Positions 1 through 13,710 of a stretch of DNA of 47,531 nucleotides are shown here, one piece after another. The position numbers were made by a program, and so were the translations under genes. The DNA is taken from the UHGV virus genome UHGV-1357271. One strand, written 5' to 3'. Position 1 is the stretch's first letter. Every line of letters starts with the position of its first letter. This stretch comes from a virus. The notes beneath the pieces were generated by a model that was not told where the DNA came from, searched no databases, and saw nothing but the letters and a program-made list of their open reading frames with translations.

Positions 1-1996
1 TAGAGATAGGAGACCCAGCCCGCATCATTACTATGTACTCCGAGAAGGCTCCACCCGCTCCATTAGTTGTTGTAGTGCTAACTTCCACCCGGTAAAAATA
101 CATAGGCAAAATTCCGGAATTGATACTGGTATGAGGGACCGGCACTTGTGTTGTTAAGGACACTGGACCAGCACTGGAACCAAACCATTGAGCGTACCAC
201 CCTATATTTCCATCTGGTGAAACCACCGTGAAAACACACCTATCTTTGGTCCCGGCGTTAACCTGATACGTAGAAGTGCTTGTACTCCCATTTACATGCT
301 CTACCGTTATTGATGTTCCAAAGTTTTCACCCCATCCTGTCCATGATGGCCAAATACTAGCATTACTCTTGATAGCCACGCCGTTGTTTATGCAGCGAAG
401 AGCTATTTTACCGTTATTGCAAGAACTTAACAAAACCGGAACCCCAGCAACGCTATTGCGTAGAGCTATCTCAACGTCTGGTTGGTCGCAAGTAACAAGC
501 ATTAGTGGCTCAACAGTACGAGTTACTGTCGGGAGTGGAATGTCTATTTCCATGTCTCTAACTTTGGTTCGTGTGCCTCCGCATAAGAATGCGCACACCC
601 CGCCTACGTTAGCAGGTAAGTACAAGCGGAAACCTTCAAGAACGAGGTCGAAAACCTTGTCCTGCGAGTTTGTTATGAACTGCACTAGATGGATAGGACC
701 GTTCGGGTTTTCTGTAGTAAATTTGCTGCGACTTACCATGTTTTTATAAATACCACCCGTCCCTGAAACTTTCGTGGCGAATAGCGGGGTGTCATCCATA
801 GTGCATACAATACCATCAACAACGCACCCAGTGGACTCCGTTAGCTGTACTGTTGCGTTGCACCCTCCATGAGTGTTTGATAAAAGCGCTCCGAACTCCC
901 CGCAATTCGTAATGCTGCCGCGTGTGTTGTTTATGTACAGGAGGTGAGATGGGCCGTAAATAGGAAAGCTATCATCGTGTCTCAAAGTACCGTAAACATA
1001 TTCTATATTGCAGTGGGCAAAATTATTAATTAGCACACAGGCATAGTGGGTACAGTAGATATTGCTGAAAAGGGAACCCTGAAAATTACCCTCATAGCCA
1101 CTTACTAAAAAATCGTACCGGTTGGTAGCAGACGCCCCAACAGCCATGGCATTAATTAATTTAAATCGGCTTGCCGAAGTGTGCATCCCTATGAAACCAC
1201 AGAACGCAGCTTCGTGTGGTCGGCTTATTCCGTATCTGGTCGTCGGGGTTACAGTGGTTGGGTATGACCCCTTATATACGGCGTTAAAGTTTAGAATTGT
1301 AACGTCAGGATTCTTGTTTAGGAAAACCAGGAACCCCATTGTTTCATGCGTAATTTTCGCACCATTGAAGTCAATGACTGCGCCAGCAGGAGGGGTAATC
1401 ACGTTAGCCTCTGTCATAACAAGTCGGTATGTCGCACCCCTTTTGAACACGCATCTCCCCGTCATAATAGCTGCGGTTACGGATGCCGTATCATCAGTTA
1501 CTCCGTCGCCAACAGCCCCAAATTGTTCTGGCGTTACCCAGTAAATAGATTGCTGAAGATTTCCTGATGGGTTAATACCTATCATTCCTGCACCGGTTGG
1601 TTTTGATAATTCTGATCTTAATGAAGCATCACCAACACTAACCCATGCTCCTAATTTAACCTCACCTGTGCTATCTGGAGTTGACCCAGCTGGAACTATT
1701 TTTGGAAACTCCCCATCCCAGCGATAATATTCTCCATTTGCTTCATAACGCAGCGTCTGATTGGGAAGTGTCAGTGTCGCACCATCTTCGAAGCTGTCCA
1801 TCGTAATGTAGCCATACTTGCGAATGACTTCTTCTGCTGTGTACTGGAATCCAGCAATAGTAAAGCGGCGCACGCCGAAGCGATCGGTGTAATAATGGTT
1901 ATTGCCAGTTACAACTTCGTCGATTTTCCCGGCATTAAATTTCAGGTCGCGCGGATCTTCGCTTGGGATTGGTTTATTTGTTGGTACGGTAGCCAT
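1..1996 (-). CDS. tail fiber/tailspike protein, N-terminal ~665 codons (ORF runs off the window start; probably continues at the window end)
   Basis: Minus-strand ATG at 1994-1996 with AGGAG about 11 nt upstream. The protein begins MATVPTNKPIPSEDPRDLKFNAGKIDEVV, a conserved N-terminal anchor-type domain seen in siphovirus tail fibers. Sampled stretches of this frame (1-120, 961-1080, 1141-1200) have no stops. The + strand ORFs 276..749 and 1122..1544 look antisense. Confidence 0.6.
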   Translation of the reverse strand, partial: MATVPTNKPIPSEDPRDLKFNAGKIDEVVTGNNHYYTDRFGVRRFTIAGFQYTAEEVIRKYGYITMDSFEDGATLTLPNQTLRYEANGEYYRWDGEFPKIVPAGSTPDSTGEVKLGAWVSVGDASLRSELSKPTGAGMIGINPSGNLQQSIYWVTPEQFGAVGDGVTDDTASVTAAIMTGRCVFKRGATYRLVMTEANVITPPAGAVIDFNGAKITHETMGFLVFLNKNPDVTILNFNAVYKGSYPTTVTPTTRYGISRPHEAAFCGFIGMHTSASRFKLINAMAVGASATNRYDFLVSGYEGNFQGSLFSNIYCTHYACVLINNFAHCNIEYVYGTLRHDDSFPIYGPSHLLYINNTRGSITNCGEFGALLSNTHGGCNATVQLTESTGCVVDGIVCTMDDTPLFATKVSGTGGIYKNMVSRSKFTTENPNGPIHLVQFITNSQDKVFDLVLEGFRLYLPANVGGVCAFLCGGTRTKVRDMEIDIPLPTVTRTVEPLMLVTCDQPDVEIALRNSVAGVPVLLSSCNNGKIALRCINNGVAIKSNASIWPSWTGWGENFGTSITVEHVNGSTSTSTYQVNAGTKDRCVFTVVSPDGNIGWYAQWFGSSAGPVSLTTQVPVPHTSINSGILPMYFYRVEVSTTTTNGAGGAFSEYIVMMRAGSPIS

Positions 1997-2035
1997 TATA
2001 ATAAATGCTCCTTTGTGAATTTGATGTATATTGTA

Positions 2036-5836
<3,801 letters not shown>

Positions 5837-5837
<1 letters not shown>

Positions 5838-8746
5838 TATTCGGTTGCTCTCCTGTTGGTATTGTAGTTTCTTGAGATGGCTTGCCCTATTGGGCCATTT
5901 TCCGAAATATCACTCACAATCGTCTCAATTGTCACGCTGCCATCACCATTATCTCTGGCGCTGCTGCTGACCTGCGCTGAGCTGTTATTGATGATGCTAT
6001 TATAAACCACAACGCCACTGCCACCGCCCGTCAGGTCTTTGTTGCTGATTACGCGCCCGCTGTCGCCCGGTATCATGTACTGATGGCCGTTTGATGCCTG
6101 GAATATCTCGGGAAGGTTGTTCTCGCCGACGCGGTATATTGAGCCTTCCTGCGCGGGGCCGCCGTTTTTCAGCGCGCCAGCAATGGATAACGTTTTTGCA
6201 AGACCAACTGTTGCTGACATTCCTGCCATAGCTGGCGCTGAGTTTGTGCCAGCGGTTGCGAGAGATGTCATTGCTGCGGCTGGAGCCATTGCTGCAGATA
6301 TTGCCGCAGCCTGAGCAATTGTTGTAGCAGAAGCCGACGCCATGCCAGCTTGGCCCATTATCGCCGACTGTGCCCACTGGATACCCATTTGCACAAACGC
6401 ATTGATAACACTGGACAGGATGTTTGAACCAATTGATCGCAGAGCCTCTGATACAGACATTGAACCAGTAAGGATGCCAGTAAGCGCATTTCCAGCCGTC
6501 TGCCCGAAAGCATCAAACGCCGCCGCAGCCGCTTGCGTTGCTGCGCTTTGCTGACTCCACTCCTGCCACATTGCTTCAAGTCGCTGCTGTCGGTATTGCG
6601 CTTCAATTGCTGCGCGAGTCTGCTCAATCTCCGTGATTTTTTGTGGATATGCTGTGGCGTAGGCATCAAGGTCGGCCATGCGTTGCTGGTATTCACTGTC
6701 AATGCCAGTCGTTGGCGATGCAATGGCACGCAATCCCTGATATGATTTTTCTACGCGCTGCCTTTCTTTCTCTGCTTCCGCCTGCTCCTTCAGTGCATTC
6801 TTCTGGTCCCAAATCTTCGCAGCGTACTCACCAGCAAGTTTTATTTGCTCCTGAGTGGCAGCTTTGCCAAGCGATTGCTGCGCGTTGAGGATAGCTTGCT
6901 CGCGGGATAGTTCCTTTGTTGATTCTGCCTGACCAGCAAGCAATGCCTCGTCCCGAAGTTTATTTAATTTCTGTTGGATTGTTTCCTGTTGCTTTAATTC
7001 CGTTTTTAGCTGGTTGTTTGCATTACGTTCATCTTTTGCCGCCTGAGCATTTTTTTCTTGTTGGCGATACGTTTCAAGGCGAATGTTATAGTATTCGCGG
7101 AAAGCAGCGGTGTTTTGTTTCAGACCCTGCGCCTCTGCATCTCTCCACGCCTGAGCCTTTAATCTTTCGTCACCTGTCTGCCTTTCAATGAATAGTGTTT
7201 GTCGTGCAGTTTGTAGCGCCTTATCCTGACTTGATGTTAAGGAGTCCGTCATCTCCTTAAGCGCCTTCAGCCTCATGGTGGCATCGGTTGTTGTAGTGGC
7301 TATTTCCAGCAACCGAGCCGCATATTCTCGTGCCTTTTGTGCGCCAGATGACTGGCCCTCGCCAACTTTTTGCAGTGTAACAATCAGTTCATTGAGTTTC
7401 TCATTGCTTGGGTTTTTGGCTATTTCAGAAAGCTGCTTGGCAAATTCAAAAGCCTGCTGGTCAGTCAAATCAAAGCGACTTGCCAGAGCGCCGACTGTAG
7501 CAATCATGTTATTCATCGTGGATTGCCCGGCAAGTCCGGCAGATGCAGCCTGCTTCATTGCCTCACTGAAATCATTGGTGGTGATATTCAGCATTGAGAG
7601 GTAATCGTTGAATGATTTGACGCTGACGTTTGCACCAGCAAAAGATGCGAAAAGTCTGTCACCAAAGGTGACGAACTCACCGGATGCTTTTGATACTTCT
7701 TTCGATACCTTAGAGAGAGCTGCTGAAAGTTCAAGTTGCGCCTGCTGGCGCATCAGTGTCGCAACGGTTGTGTTGGCTTTTGCCAGCGCCGCAAACTTAT
7801 CTGAGTATGCTGCCACGCCATTGCTTGAAACGCTGATAACCTGATCCATTGCGGAAATAGCGTCCTTCATGGCATCAATGGCATTCTTGCCATTACTCAG
7901 CGAGGCCATCAGGGAGCCAGCGATAACTGTCGCTATCGTTAACACTGCACCAGCCACCGGACTGAATACAGATGCAAGTTGCGAACCCTGCTGACTGAAT
8001 GCAACAAGCGCAGACTGCCCGCTCTGAACCTGAACAATAAAGTCCTGAACCTGATAACCACCCTGTTGTAGCGCGTTCCTGAATCCGTTTGTGGATTTGC
8101 CAGCCGACTCCGTGCCATTCTTCATGTCGTACAGGCGACCAGTCAGCTCAGCAATCTTGGCCTTTTGAGCGTCAGTTGCGCCATCTCCAGCTCTGAGTTG
8201 CGCCGCAAGAATTGCCGCGCTTCTCGCGCCGTTTTCCATTTGCTCTTCAAGGATAGCAACCTGATTGCCGAGGCTTTCAATTAATCTTTCTGTCCCTGAT
8301 ATGCTTGCGCCAGCGCCGCCAGTTGATGTGCCAAGTTCGCGAATGGCTGAGGTGACGGCATTAATTGAGGTTTCCAGTCTGCCAGTAGATACAGCAGCTT
8401 GTTGCTGTTGTTGCTGCATCATAGCCAGTTGCTGGTTTAGCGCGTCAATTACCTGATTGGCTGACTCGGCAGATTGTGATGTTGATTTGACGGCGCTTGT
8501 CGCACCATCACTGGAAGCTGCCATCTTGCTGAGTGTGGCATCAATACTTTTCACCACGGAGACAAGGGAGGAGAACGCCTTTCCAGTTGAATCAGCCTGA
8601 CCATCAAGTTTATTTAAATTCTTCGTGGAGCCACTTACAGCAGAGTCAAATTTTGATAATTCTGACTCCGCTGAGCTTGCGCCTGCTTTAAGTCCGGATA
8701 CATCCATCCCGACTTCATAGACAATTCCGCCGACTTCTTCAGCCAT
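5837..8746 (-). CDS. tail tape measure protein (969 aa)
   Basis: Very long Ala/Gln/Ser-rich coiled-coil protein, including a poly-Q run, in the TMP position upstream of the M/L/K/J-like genes. Confidence 0.85.
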
Positions 8747-9462
8747 TATGTATTCCTCGCTTTTTTCGCTTTGCGTTCAGCCAGTGCCTTCATGCGCTCA
8801 CGGTCTGCTTTAGCCTGATCGTACTCTGCCGCGCGCTCTTCTTTCGTTAACCCTTTCGGCTCTGGATATTTATTCTTAATCATCATCTGAAACTCTGTCA
8901 TAGACAGGTTTTCTGCCTCATCGCGCGTCATGTCGAAATGCGTGCGTGCTGAGATGATGTATTGCGACGCATGAAACTCGTTTGTGGTTTTCTTGCCTTG
9001 CTCTTCCAGACGTTCAGGCACCTTGAGTGGGGATTTGCCAATGACTCCGTGCTGCATCAGGTTGCGCGCAATAATAATAATGTCGCTCACTGGCATGATG
9101 CCAGGAACATATCGCACGCCACGCGGAGTTGGCTTCCATCCACCAATCAACACGGAAACATCATCTTCACAGCATGACTGCATGACGATATAGGCAGCAC
9201 TCAGTACGTGCCGACCATACACAGGTTTACTGATGGTTTTCATGACCTGCATCTGAGCGCCAAATGGCAGGTATTCGACGTGCTGCAACGGCGCAACATA
9301 ATCAATGCCATTGAGTCTGGCGTATACCTCGACGATTTCTTTTGGTGTGCCGATTTCATTCATGGCACGGAATGATGGCTTGAAGAAAAAACTCCTGTCA
9401 GAAAGCGAGATGCGCATCTCCCCGATTTCTGTTAGTGGCGTGCGATTGCTCATGTTTTGCAT
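8746..9462 (-). CDS. tail assembly chaperone (G/GT-equivalent), 238 aa
   Basis: Sits immediately upstream of the TMP with a TAATG stop/start overlap. Lys-rich C-terminus. No obvious slippery site was found. Confidence 0.35.
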   Translation of the reverse strand: MQNMSNRTPLTEIGEMRISLSDRSFFFKPSFRAMNEIGTPKEIVEVYARLNGIDYVAPLQHVEYLPFGAQMQVMKTISKPVYGRHVLSAAYIVMQSCCEDDVSVLIGGWKPTPRGVRYVPGIMPVSDIIIIARNLMQHGVIGKSPLKVPERLEEQGKKTTNEFHASQYIISARTHFDMTRDEAENLSMTEFQMMIKNKYPEPKGLTKEERAAEYDQAKADRERMKALAERKAKKARNT

Positions 9463-9482
9463 CCTGAATTTGACTGATGTTG

Positions 9483-9531
9483 ATTATATCATCTCAGTGG
9501 TGTTGACACCTGCTAGGTGGTGATGTAGATT
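9483..9531. promoter_or_regulatory. divergent promoter module 1
   Basis: The leftward promoter has an extended -10 TGATATAAT (reverse complement of 9483-9491) upstream of the chaperone/TMP operon. The rightward promoter is TTGACA at 9503-9508, a 17-nt spacer, then TAGATT at 9526-9531 with GGTGATGTAGATT, upstream of the 9567 gene. Confidence 0.5.
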
Positions 9532-9566
9532 CAAGTCATCGAAATGAGATATGAATGAGGTGAGTT

Positions 9567-9860
9567 ATGAAAATTAAAATGTTGATTGCGTCTGCACTAT
9601 TGGTTTCTTCTTTCTCTGCTGTCGCAACATCAGAGGTATGCAAGAACATTGGCGACATCGCATTAAACACGGCTGAAGTTCGCGATAACGGTGTTAGCAA
9701 GAATCTTGCCGAAGTAGTGGTGAAAGGCTCAGCAAAAAACAACGAATCAGCTGAAATAATCGGTCTTGCTATCGTAGAAATGGTTTATGCAAGCAAGGAT
9801 ATGACAAAAGAGCAATTGCGTGATGTGGCTGTTACTTTGTGCGAAAAGCAAGGGATGTAA
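9567..9860 (+). CDS. small secreted protein (signal peptide, AVA/TS cleavage site); moron
   Basis: Strong SD GAGGTGA. N-terminal hydrophobic signal MKIKMLIASALLVSSFSAVATSE. Transcribed opposite to the surrounding tail genes from its own promoter. Confidence 0.6.
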   Translation: MKIKMLIASALLVSSFSAVATSEVCKNIGDIALNTAEVRDNGVSKNLAEVVVKGSAKNNESAEIIGLAIVEMVYASKDMTKEQLRDVAVTLCEKQGM

Positions 9861-9869
9861 GGTTCTGCC

Positions 9870-10013
9870 ATGAACGAACAAACAAAAGCTGACCTGATTT
9901 TCTACACTGAACTGTATGTTGATGCTGGTTACGATTACGAAGAGGCGGAACGCATGGCGAAAGACTTGCTTCGTGTGATTGGTGTGATTTTTGACGAGGA
10001 TAAGGTGATATGA
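9870..10013 (+). CDS. hypothetical acidic protein (47 aa)
   Basis: ATG with an upstream AAGG. Its stop overlaps the next gene's ATG (ATGA). Confidence 0.4.
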   Translation: MNEQTKADLIFYTELYVDAGYDYEEAERMAKDLLRVIGVIFDEDKVI

Positions 10014-10360
10014 AAAATTATGAAGATATGAGCGACTTTGAGATTAACAAGCGAGTGGCGCTAATTGTTGGCGTGACATTTAATGGTGATGGCGCGCCTG
10101 TTAGATTTGTTGAGTGTGATATGGGTTCTTACGCCGACTTTAACGAGATTGAATTTGACCCATGCAATAATGCAGAAGATGCTGAGCCTATTATTATTGA
10201 AAACAGAATTGGCACTATTCCAGCACCAGATGATAGATTGTGGAAAGCTGCGCACAGAAAGATTGGCAATGATGATACGCCATACCATTTTACTCAAGAT
10301 AAAAACCCACTCCGCGCTGCCATGATTGTCTTCCTTAAAATGAATGAGGATAAATTATGA
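10010..10360 (+). CDS. hypothetical protein, likely DUF2591 family (MKNYEDMSDFEINKRVA...)
   Basis: Translationally coupled within the moron operon. The N-terminal motif resembles a family of phage proteins of unknown function. Confidence 0.45.
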   Translation: MKNYEDMSDFEINKRVALIVGVTFNGDGAPVRFVECDMGSYADFNEIEFDPCNNAEDAEPIIIENRIGTIPAPDDRLWKAAHRKIGNDDTPYHFTQDKNPLRAAMIVFLKMNEDKL

Positions 10361-10557
10361 GTCAGTGGATTAAGTGTAGTGAGCGGATGCCTGAAGATGG
10401 AGAGATGGTTCTTACAGCATTTCGTGGTGTCGTTAGAACTGCGGTATGTAAAGTTATCGACAACATTGGCAGTAAGATGTTTGTTAGTGAATTAGACCGC
10501 TGTCACGGAATTCCAGCCACCCATTGGGCTAAATCACCAGAACCACCACAAGAATAA
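10357..10557 (+). CDS. DUF551-like protein
   Basis: MSQWIKCSERMPEDGEMVL...THWAKSPEPP matches the DUF551 pattern. Confidence 0.55.
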   Translation: MSQWIKCSERMPEDGEMVLTAFRGVVRTAVCKVIDNIGSKMFVSELDRCHGIPATHWAKSPEPPQE

Positions 10558-10590
10558 AACAAAGCCCCTTTCGGGGCTTTTTCTTTATCA
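10558..10590. terminator. bidirectional rho-independent terminator
   Basis: The sequence aaagcccctttcggggctttttc lies between the convergent genes ending at 10557 (+) and 10588 (-). Confidence 0.7.
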
Positions 10591-11304
10591 GGAGACGGTA
10601 CAGGCCGTGCTGATAATCATTTCAGGGTCAGTAGATGAATCCGTTACCGTGACGGTATATACACCAGCGGTTGGGCTTGCCAGTGTCGCACCAGACTCAC
10701 CACCAACAACTGCGCCATCTTTGCGCCACACGTAGGTGTAAGGAGCAACACCGCCTTCAACAGCAACAGTTAACGGGCTTCCAGCCGTGCCAGTTGATTG
10801 CAGGTCGGTAGTGAATGCCAGAGGCTCAAGGCTTTCGACGGTAACGCTGTCGGAATCGTAAACCTTGAACTCAAGGCTGCCGGTTACGATGTCGTTAGTG
10901 CCGCCTTCGTAGCTGATGCTGGTGATGTTACAGTACGCGGTAACGATAGTTGCACCAGTTACCTGACGCACCCACAAAGAAGGCTGGCGACGTGCTTTCA
11001 GTTCAGTGGCGTAAATCTCAACCAGTCGGTGAAAGCCAAACTCGTCGCTTGGGTCATTCTTGCGGATTTCAACCTCTGCACTGATGGTCATATCAGAGCT
11101 GGTAACGAGAGTGGAAACAAATCCGCCAGCGGTATCCGCTTCCGACGTGGTGGTCTGCGGCGAGTAGTCAACACCTTTACTGGTGGTTGATCCTAAATAT
11201 TTCCAGGCTTCTGCATCCGGAACTGCGTCACCGCACCCCTCAGCAAGGAACAGTCGGGTCATGCGACCGACCAGAACGCCTTTATCATTTGCACAAATAG
11301 CCAT
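10588..11304 (-). CDS. major tail protein with C-terminal Ig-like domain
   Basis: 238 aa. The C-terminus (PYTYVWRKDGAVV...YTVTVTD) is Ig/Big_2-like, as in lambda V. GGAG SD. Confidence 0.55.
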   Translation of the reverse strand: MAICANDKGVLVGRMTRLFLAEGCGDAVPDAEAWKYLGSTTSKGVDYSPQTTTSEADTAGGFVSTLVTSSDMTISAEVEIRKNDPSDEFGFHRLVEIYATELKARRQPSLWVRQVTGATIVTAYCNITSISYEGGTNDIVTGSLEFKVYDSDSVTVESLEPLAFTTDLQSTGTAGSPLTVAVEGGVAPYTYVWRKDGAVVGGESGATLASPTAGVYTVTVTDSSTDPEMIISTACTVS

Positions 11305-11340
11305 TTCGATCTCCGAATTATGTTAGCTGCTAACGTGGTG

Positions 11341-11384
11341 ATTATATCACAGGTGTTGACAGCGATTATTTTGTGGTGTAGATT
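11341..11384. promoter_or_regulatory. divergent promoter module 2 (paralog of module 1)
   Basis: Leftward extended -10 TGATATAAT (reverse complement of 11341-11349) for the major tail gene. Rightward promoter is TTGACA at 11356-11361, a 17-nt spacer, then TAGATT at 11379-11384 (GTGGTGTAGATT), reading into the tRNA island. Confidence 0.5.
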
Positions 11385-11530
11385 AAAACCTACTTAAGAT
11401 ATGAATTGATTTATGCGTGAGTTTTCAACTTTCTGAAAGGAAGCTGGCCAAAATGAATGAAATCTCAATTTGAAGAAGTAAAAATAATTAGCGGTCGAGA
11501 GACGCCGGACGCGTAACCGGCAACTATCAG

Positions 11531-11616
11531 GAAAGAGCATTTACTGGAGGTATTGGCTGTGGAAATGGCGTAATTCCATACACAGCTAAGATGGTTCAAT
11601 TCCATCAAGTGCTCTT
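11531..11616 (+). ncRNA. tRNA-like minihelix / degenerate tRNA
   Basis: A 13-bp stem (ggaaagagcattt / aagtgctctttcc) encloses a canonical T-arm, gatgg-TTCAATT-ccatc. No acceptable D-arm or anticodon arm could be folded. Confidence 0.25.
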
Positions 11617-12069
11617 TCCGATAGTTTTCGTGAGCGACTTTGCGGACTTTTTATAAACTGACCACAAAGATAAATGCAAACGATGATGTTGTTCTGATGG
11701 CGGCGTAATAGCCTGTAAGTCAGCAAGGTCTTCCGATTCCTTGTAAACAAATTCGGCGCAGTGGCCCGCTGTGATTAATAACGGGCGCACAACAGGTAAG
11801 AGCATTGAGTCGATAATCGTGAAGAGTCGGCGTGCCTGGTTAGCCAGTGCTCTTATCGTTGTGGTAATGCGGCTATGCGCACGCGGCAAGGTAAAGACAC
11901 ACTCCATTTGTTTTACGATTGCCTGCTGGAGTTACCGACCAGCAATCTGGAGGCACCAGAGCCACAACACTTAATATCCAGCATTATCGCAATCATATGT
12001 AGGGGTATGTATGGGTTACGGGGCTGGATATTAAGAAAGCACGCTGGCAATGCTTAAACCAGCACTTAT

Positions 12070-12146
12070 GGACGCGTAGCTTAATTGGTTAAAGCAACCG
12101 ACTCATAATCGGCTGATTGAAGGTTAAAATCCGTCCGTGTCCACCA
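12070..12146 (+). tRNA. tRNA-Met (anticodon CAT) with encoded CCA
   Basis: Manual cloverleaf: acceptor ggacgcg/cgtgtcc, D-stem gctt/aagc, anticodon loop cuCAUaa with U33 and A37, T-arm gaagg-ttaaaat-ccgtc, discriminator A, 3' CCA. Confidence 0.7.
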
Positions 12147-12148
12147 AA

Positions 12149-12176
12149 TTAAAAGCCGCCAAGTGCGGCTTTATTT
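12149..12176. terminator. bidirectional terminator
   Basis: The sequence aaaagccgccaagtgcggctttattt follows the tRNA and lies after the convergent minus gene ending at 12175. Confidence 0.6.
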
Positions 12177-12549
12177 ATTTCACAACCCGCAAAAGCAACT
12201 CATGCACAGGCCGTTTCTCTTCCGTTAACATTGGCCTACCGAGTGGCGCTTGCAACTGGATGTAGTTAACGCATGAATCAATAGGATGAGTTTTGATATA
12301 TTCGATAATCTCCAACGCCTTAGCATCAACATCAGCAACGTTGTACTGGCCTTGTTTCCCGACAACGTACAGCGAGAAATAGAAGTCACCGCCGAGGCCA
12401 TCCATAACCTGTGTGCCGCCGTTGGATTGCAGGACAATAAATTGCTCGTTGCCATCTCCGGTGTCATTCCAGAACTGCAACTGCGAGGTCCAGCCATCAT
12501 ATAATCCGGCATCCTGAAGATATGCATCAACCAGCTCAAGCATATTCAC
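12175..12549 (-). CDS. head-tail joining / tail terminator-like protein (124 aa)
   Basis: Member of a block of four overlapping small ORFs between the major tail gene region and the structural-block promoter. Confidence 0.35.
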   Translation of the reverse strand: MNMLELVDAYLQDAGLYDGWTSQLQFWNDTGDGNEQFIVLQSNGGTQVMDGLGGDFYFSLYVVGKQGQYNVADVDAKALEIIEYIKTHPIDSCVNYIQLQAPLGRPMLTEEKRPVHELLLRVVK

Positions 12550-12944
12550 AGTTTCATCTCCTTCTTAATCACGCTATCAACAAGGTCTTTCGTTCGTTGC
12601 GCAGCTTTGGTCAGGAATTGCGGCTCACCTCCCGGACTCCAATACGTGCCGTTACCATTACTGCGCGGTTTACCTGTAAGTTTCCCACTGGCGTTATGGA
12701 CATACAGCGCATATTTTGCAGAGTAGCCAACTTTACCAGTGATTCGCGTTCCGCTGACTTCCACAGTATCAAACTGACTGTTAATCAGTGTCGATGTGTC
12801 AATCGGCGTTAGCGTGGCTGATTCGGTGCGAATGATGTATGTTGCTGACTTCAGCGCGTGCACCGCTTTCGTGGTGATTATCTCATCCACAATCTGCGAT
12901 GTTCTCTCTACAGCCTGACGGATACCTCTTAATTTCGCTGGCAT
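12546..12944 (-). CDS. HK97 gp10-like head-tail joining protein (132 aa)
   Basis: Size and composition fit; translationally coupled to its neighbours. Confidence 0.35.
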   Translation of the reverse strand: MPAKLRGIRQAVERTSQIVDEIITTKAVHALKSATYIIRTESATLTPIDTSTLINSQFDTVEVSGTRITGKVGYSAKYALYVHNASGKLTGKPRSNGNGTYWSPGGEPQFLTKAAQRTKDLVDSVIKKEMKL

Positions 12945-13291
12945 TATGTCACCAGTGCAAAGTCAGGCGGCTCATCTCGATTGAACGTATTGCCGTAGTT
13001 AATCACATTCAGAATCTGGTTTGCGCCGGCTGCCAGTGGGTCAGACTCTGTTACCGTGCCAATCATGATGTAATCGCCAACATTAGCACCAGTGTATTCT
13101 GTCCAGAAAGTATTCTTCTGCACAATCTCATTACCTTTCGCATCGGTCGATACATCATCGTTAAAGCCATAATCGCACATGATGCTTACTGGCGCGTCAA
13201 AAGTCGGCTTTCCGTACTTGTCAGTGCCGCTTTTGTGCCAGATTGTGCATGGCTGCGTATAGGAAAACCGAACCAACGAAGTCATTTGCAC
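12944..13291 (-). CDS. head-tail adaptor/completion protein (115 aa)
   Basis: Coupled small structural ORF. Confidence 0.3.
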   Translation of the reverse strand: MQMTSLVRFSYTQPCTIWHKSGTDKYGKPTFDAPVSIMCDYGFNDDVSTDAKGNEIVQKNTFWTEYTGANVGDYIMIGTVTESDPLAAGANQILNVINYGNTFNRDEPPDFALVT

Positions 13292-13710
13292 TTACTCCCA
13301 CGCACAACCGCAAACCACGGTTTGCCGCTTCCATCAGGGTCTTCCACTAAATCTCCAGTGCATCCGGCTGTATCCAGTAGCTTCATCTGATTGTACAGCG
13401 CCACCCACGGCTTACTGCCATATGCGAATGATTGTGATGCGCCAGATGGTGAGCTTTGACTGGTAACGTAGCGACCTGCAGTATTTGCGCTAATCAGGAT
13501 GGAAGCCCACAGCATGATCGCATTTTGTCGGCATTCATCATTCGGATAGTTCAGCTCAAGGCATTCACTGATTGATGCCACAAGACACAGAATACCGGAT
13601 GCATCCGTTGTGGTAATAGTCATTCCACGGGATGCCATTTGGCTTACTAATTCTTCAGGTGTTGGTGCTGCCATTTTTCTTAGACTCCCGGACTTTCCAC
13701 CACATTTCAA
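13282..13710 (-). CDS. head-tail connector protein (142 aa; alternative start MAAPTPEEL at 13674)
   Basis: Coupled structural ORF. Confidence 0.3.
   Translation of the reverse strand: MKCGGKSGSLRKMAAPTPEELVSQMASRGMTITTTDASGILCLVASISECLELNYPNDECRQNAIMLWASILISANTAGRYVTSQSSPSGASQSFAYGSKPWVALYNQMKLLDTAGCTGDLVEDPDGSGKPWFAVVRGSKCK

Noticed and set aside
276-1544. Plus-strand ORFs 276..749 and 1122..1544
   Set aside because: They are antisense to the open minus-strand tail fiber frame. No RBS, and the composition is not protein-like.
6000-7844. Multiple ORFs (65-125 aa) on both strands inside the tape measure gene
   Set aside because: They are nested within or antisense to a long, clearly coding TMP frame. 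Low-complexity shadows.
8385-8415. CAG/CAA-rich tandem repeat in the TMP, and a similar Q-codon run in the SSB at 47205-47275
   Set aside because: These are coding poly-Gln low-complexity segments, not regulatory or CRISPR-like repeats.
11531-11616. Possible second tRNA
   Set aside because: There is a perfect T-arm and acceptor-like stem, but no D-arm or 7-nt anticodon loop could be folded. It is reported only as a tRNA-like element.
11605-12057. ORFs 11605..11907 (-), 11771..11974 (+) and 11875..12057 (+)
   Set aside because: No SD. They lie within a promoter-to-tRNA non-coding island and have hydrophobic junk composition.
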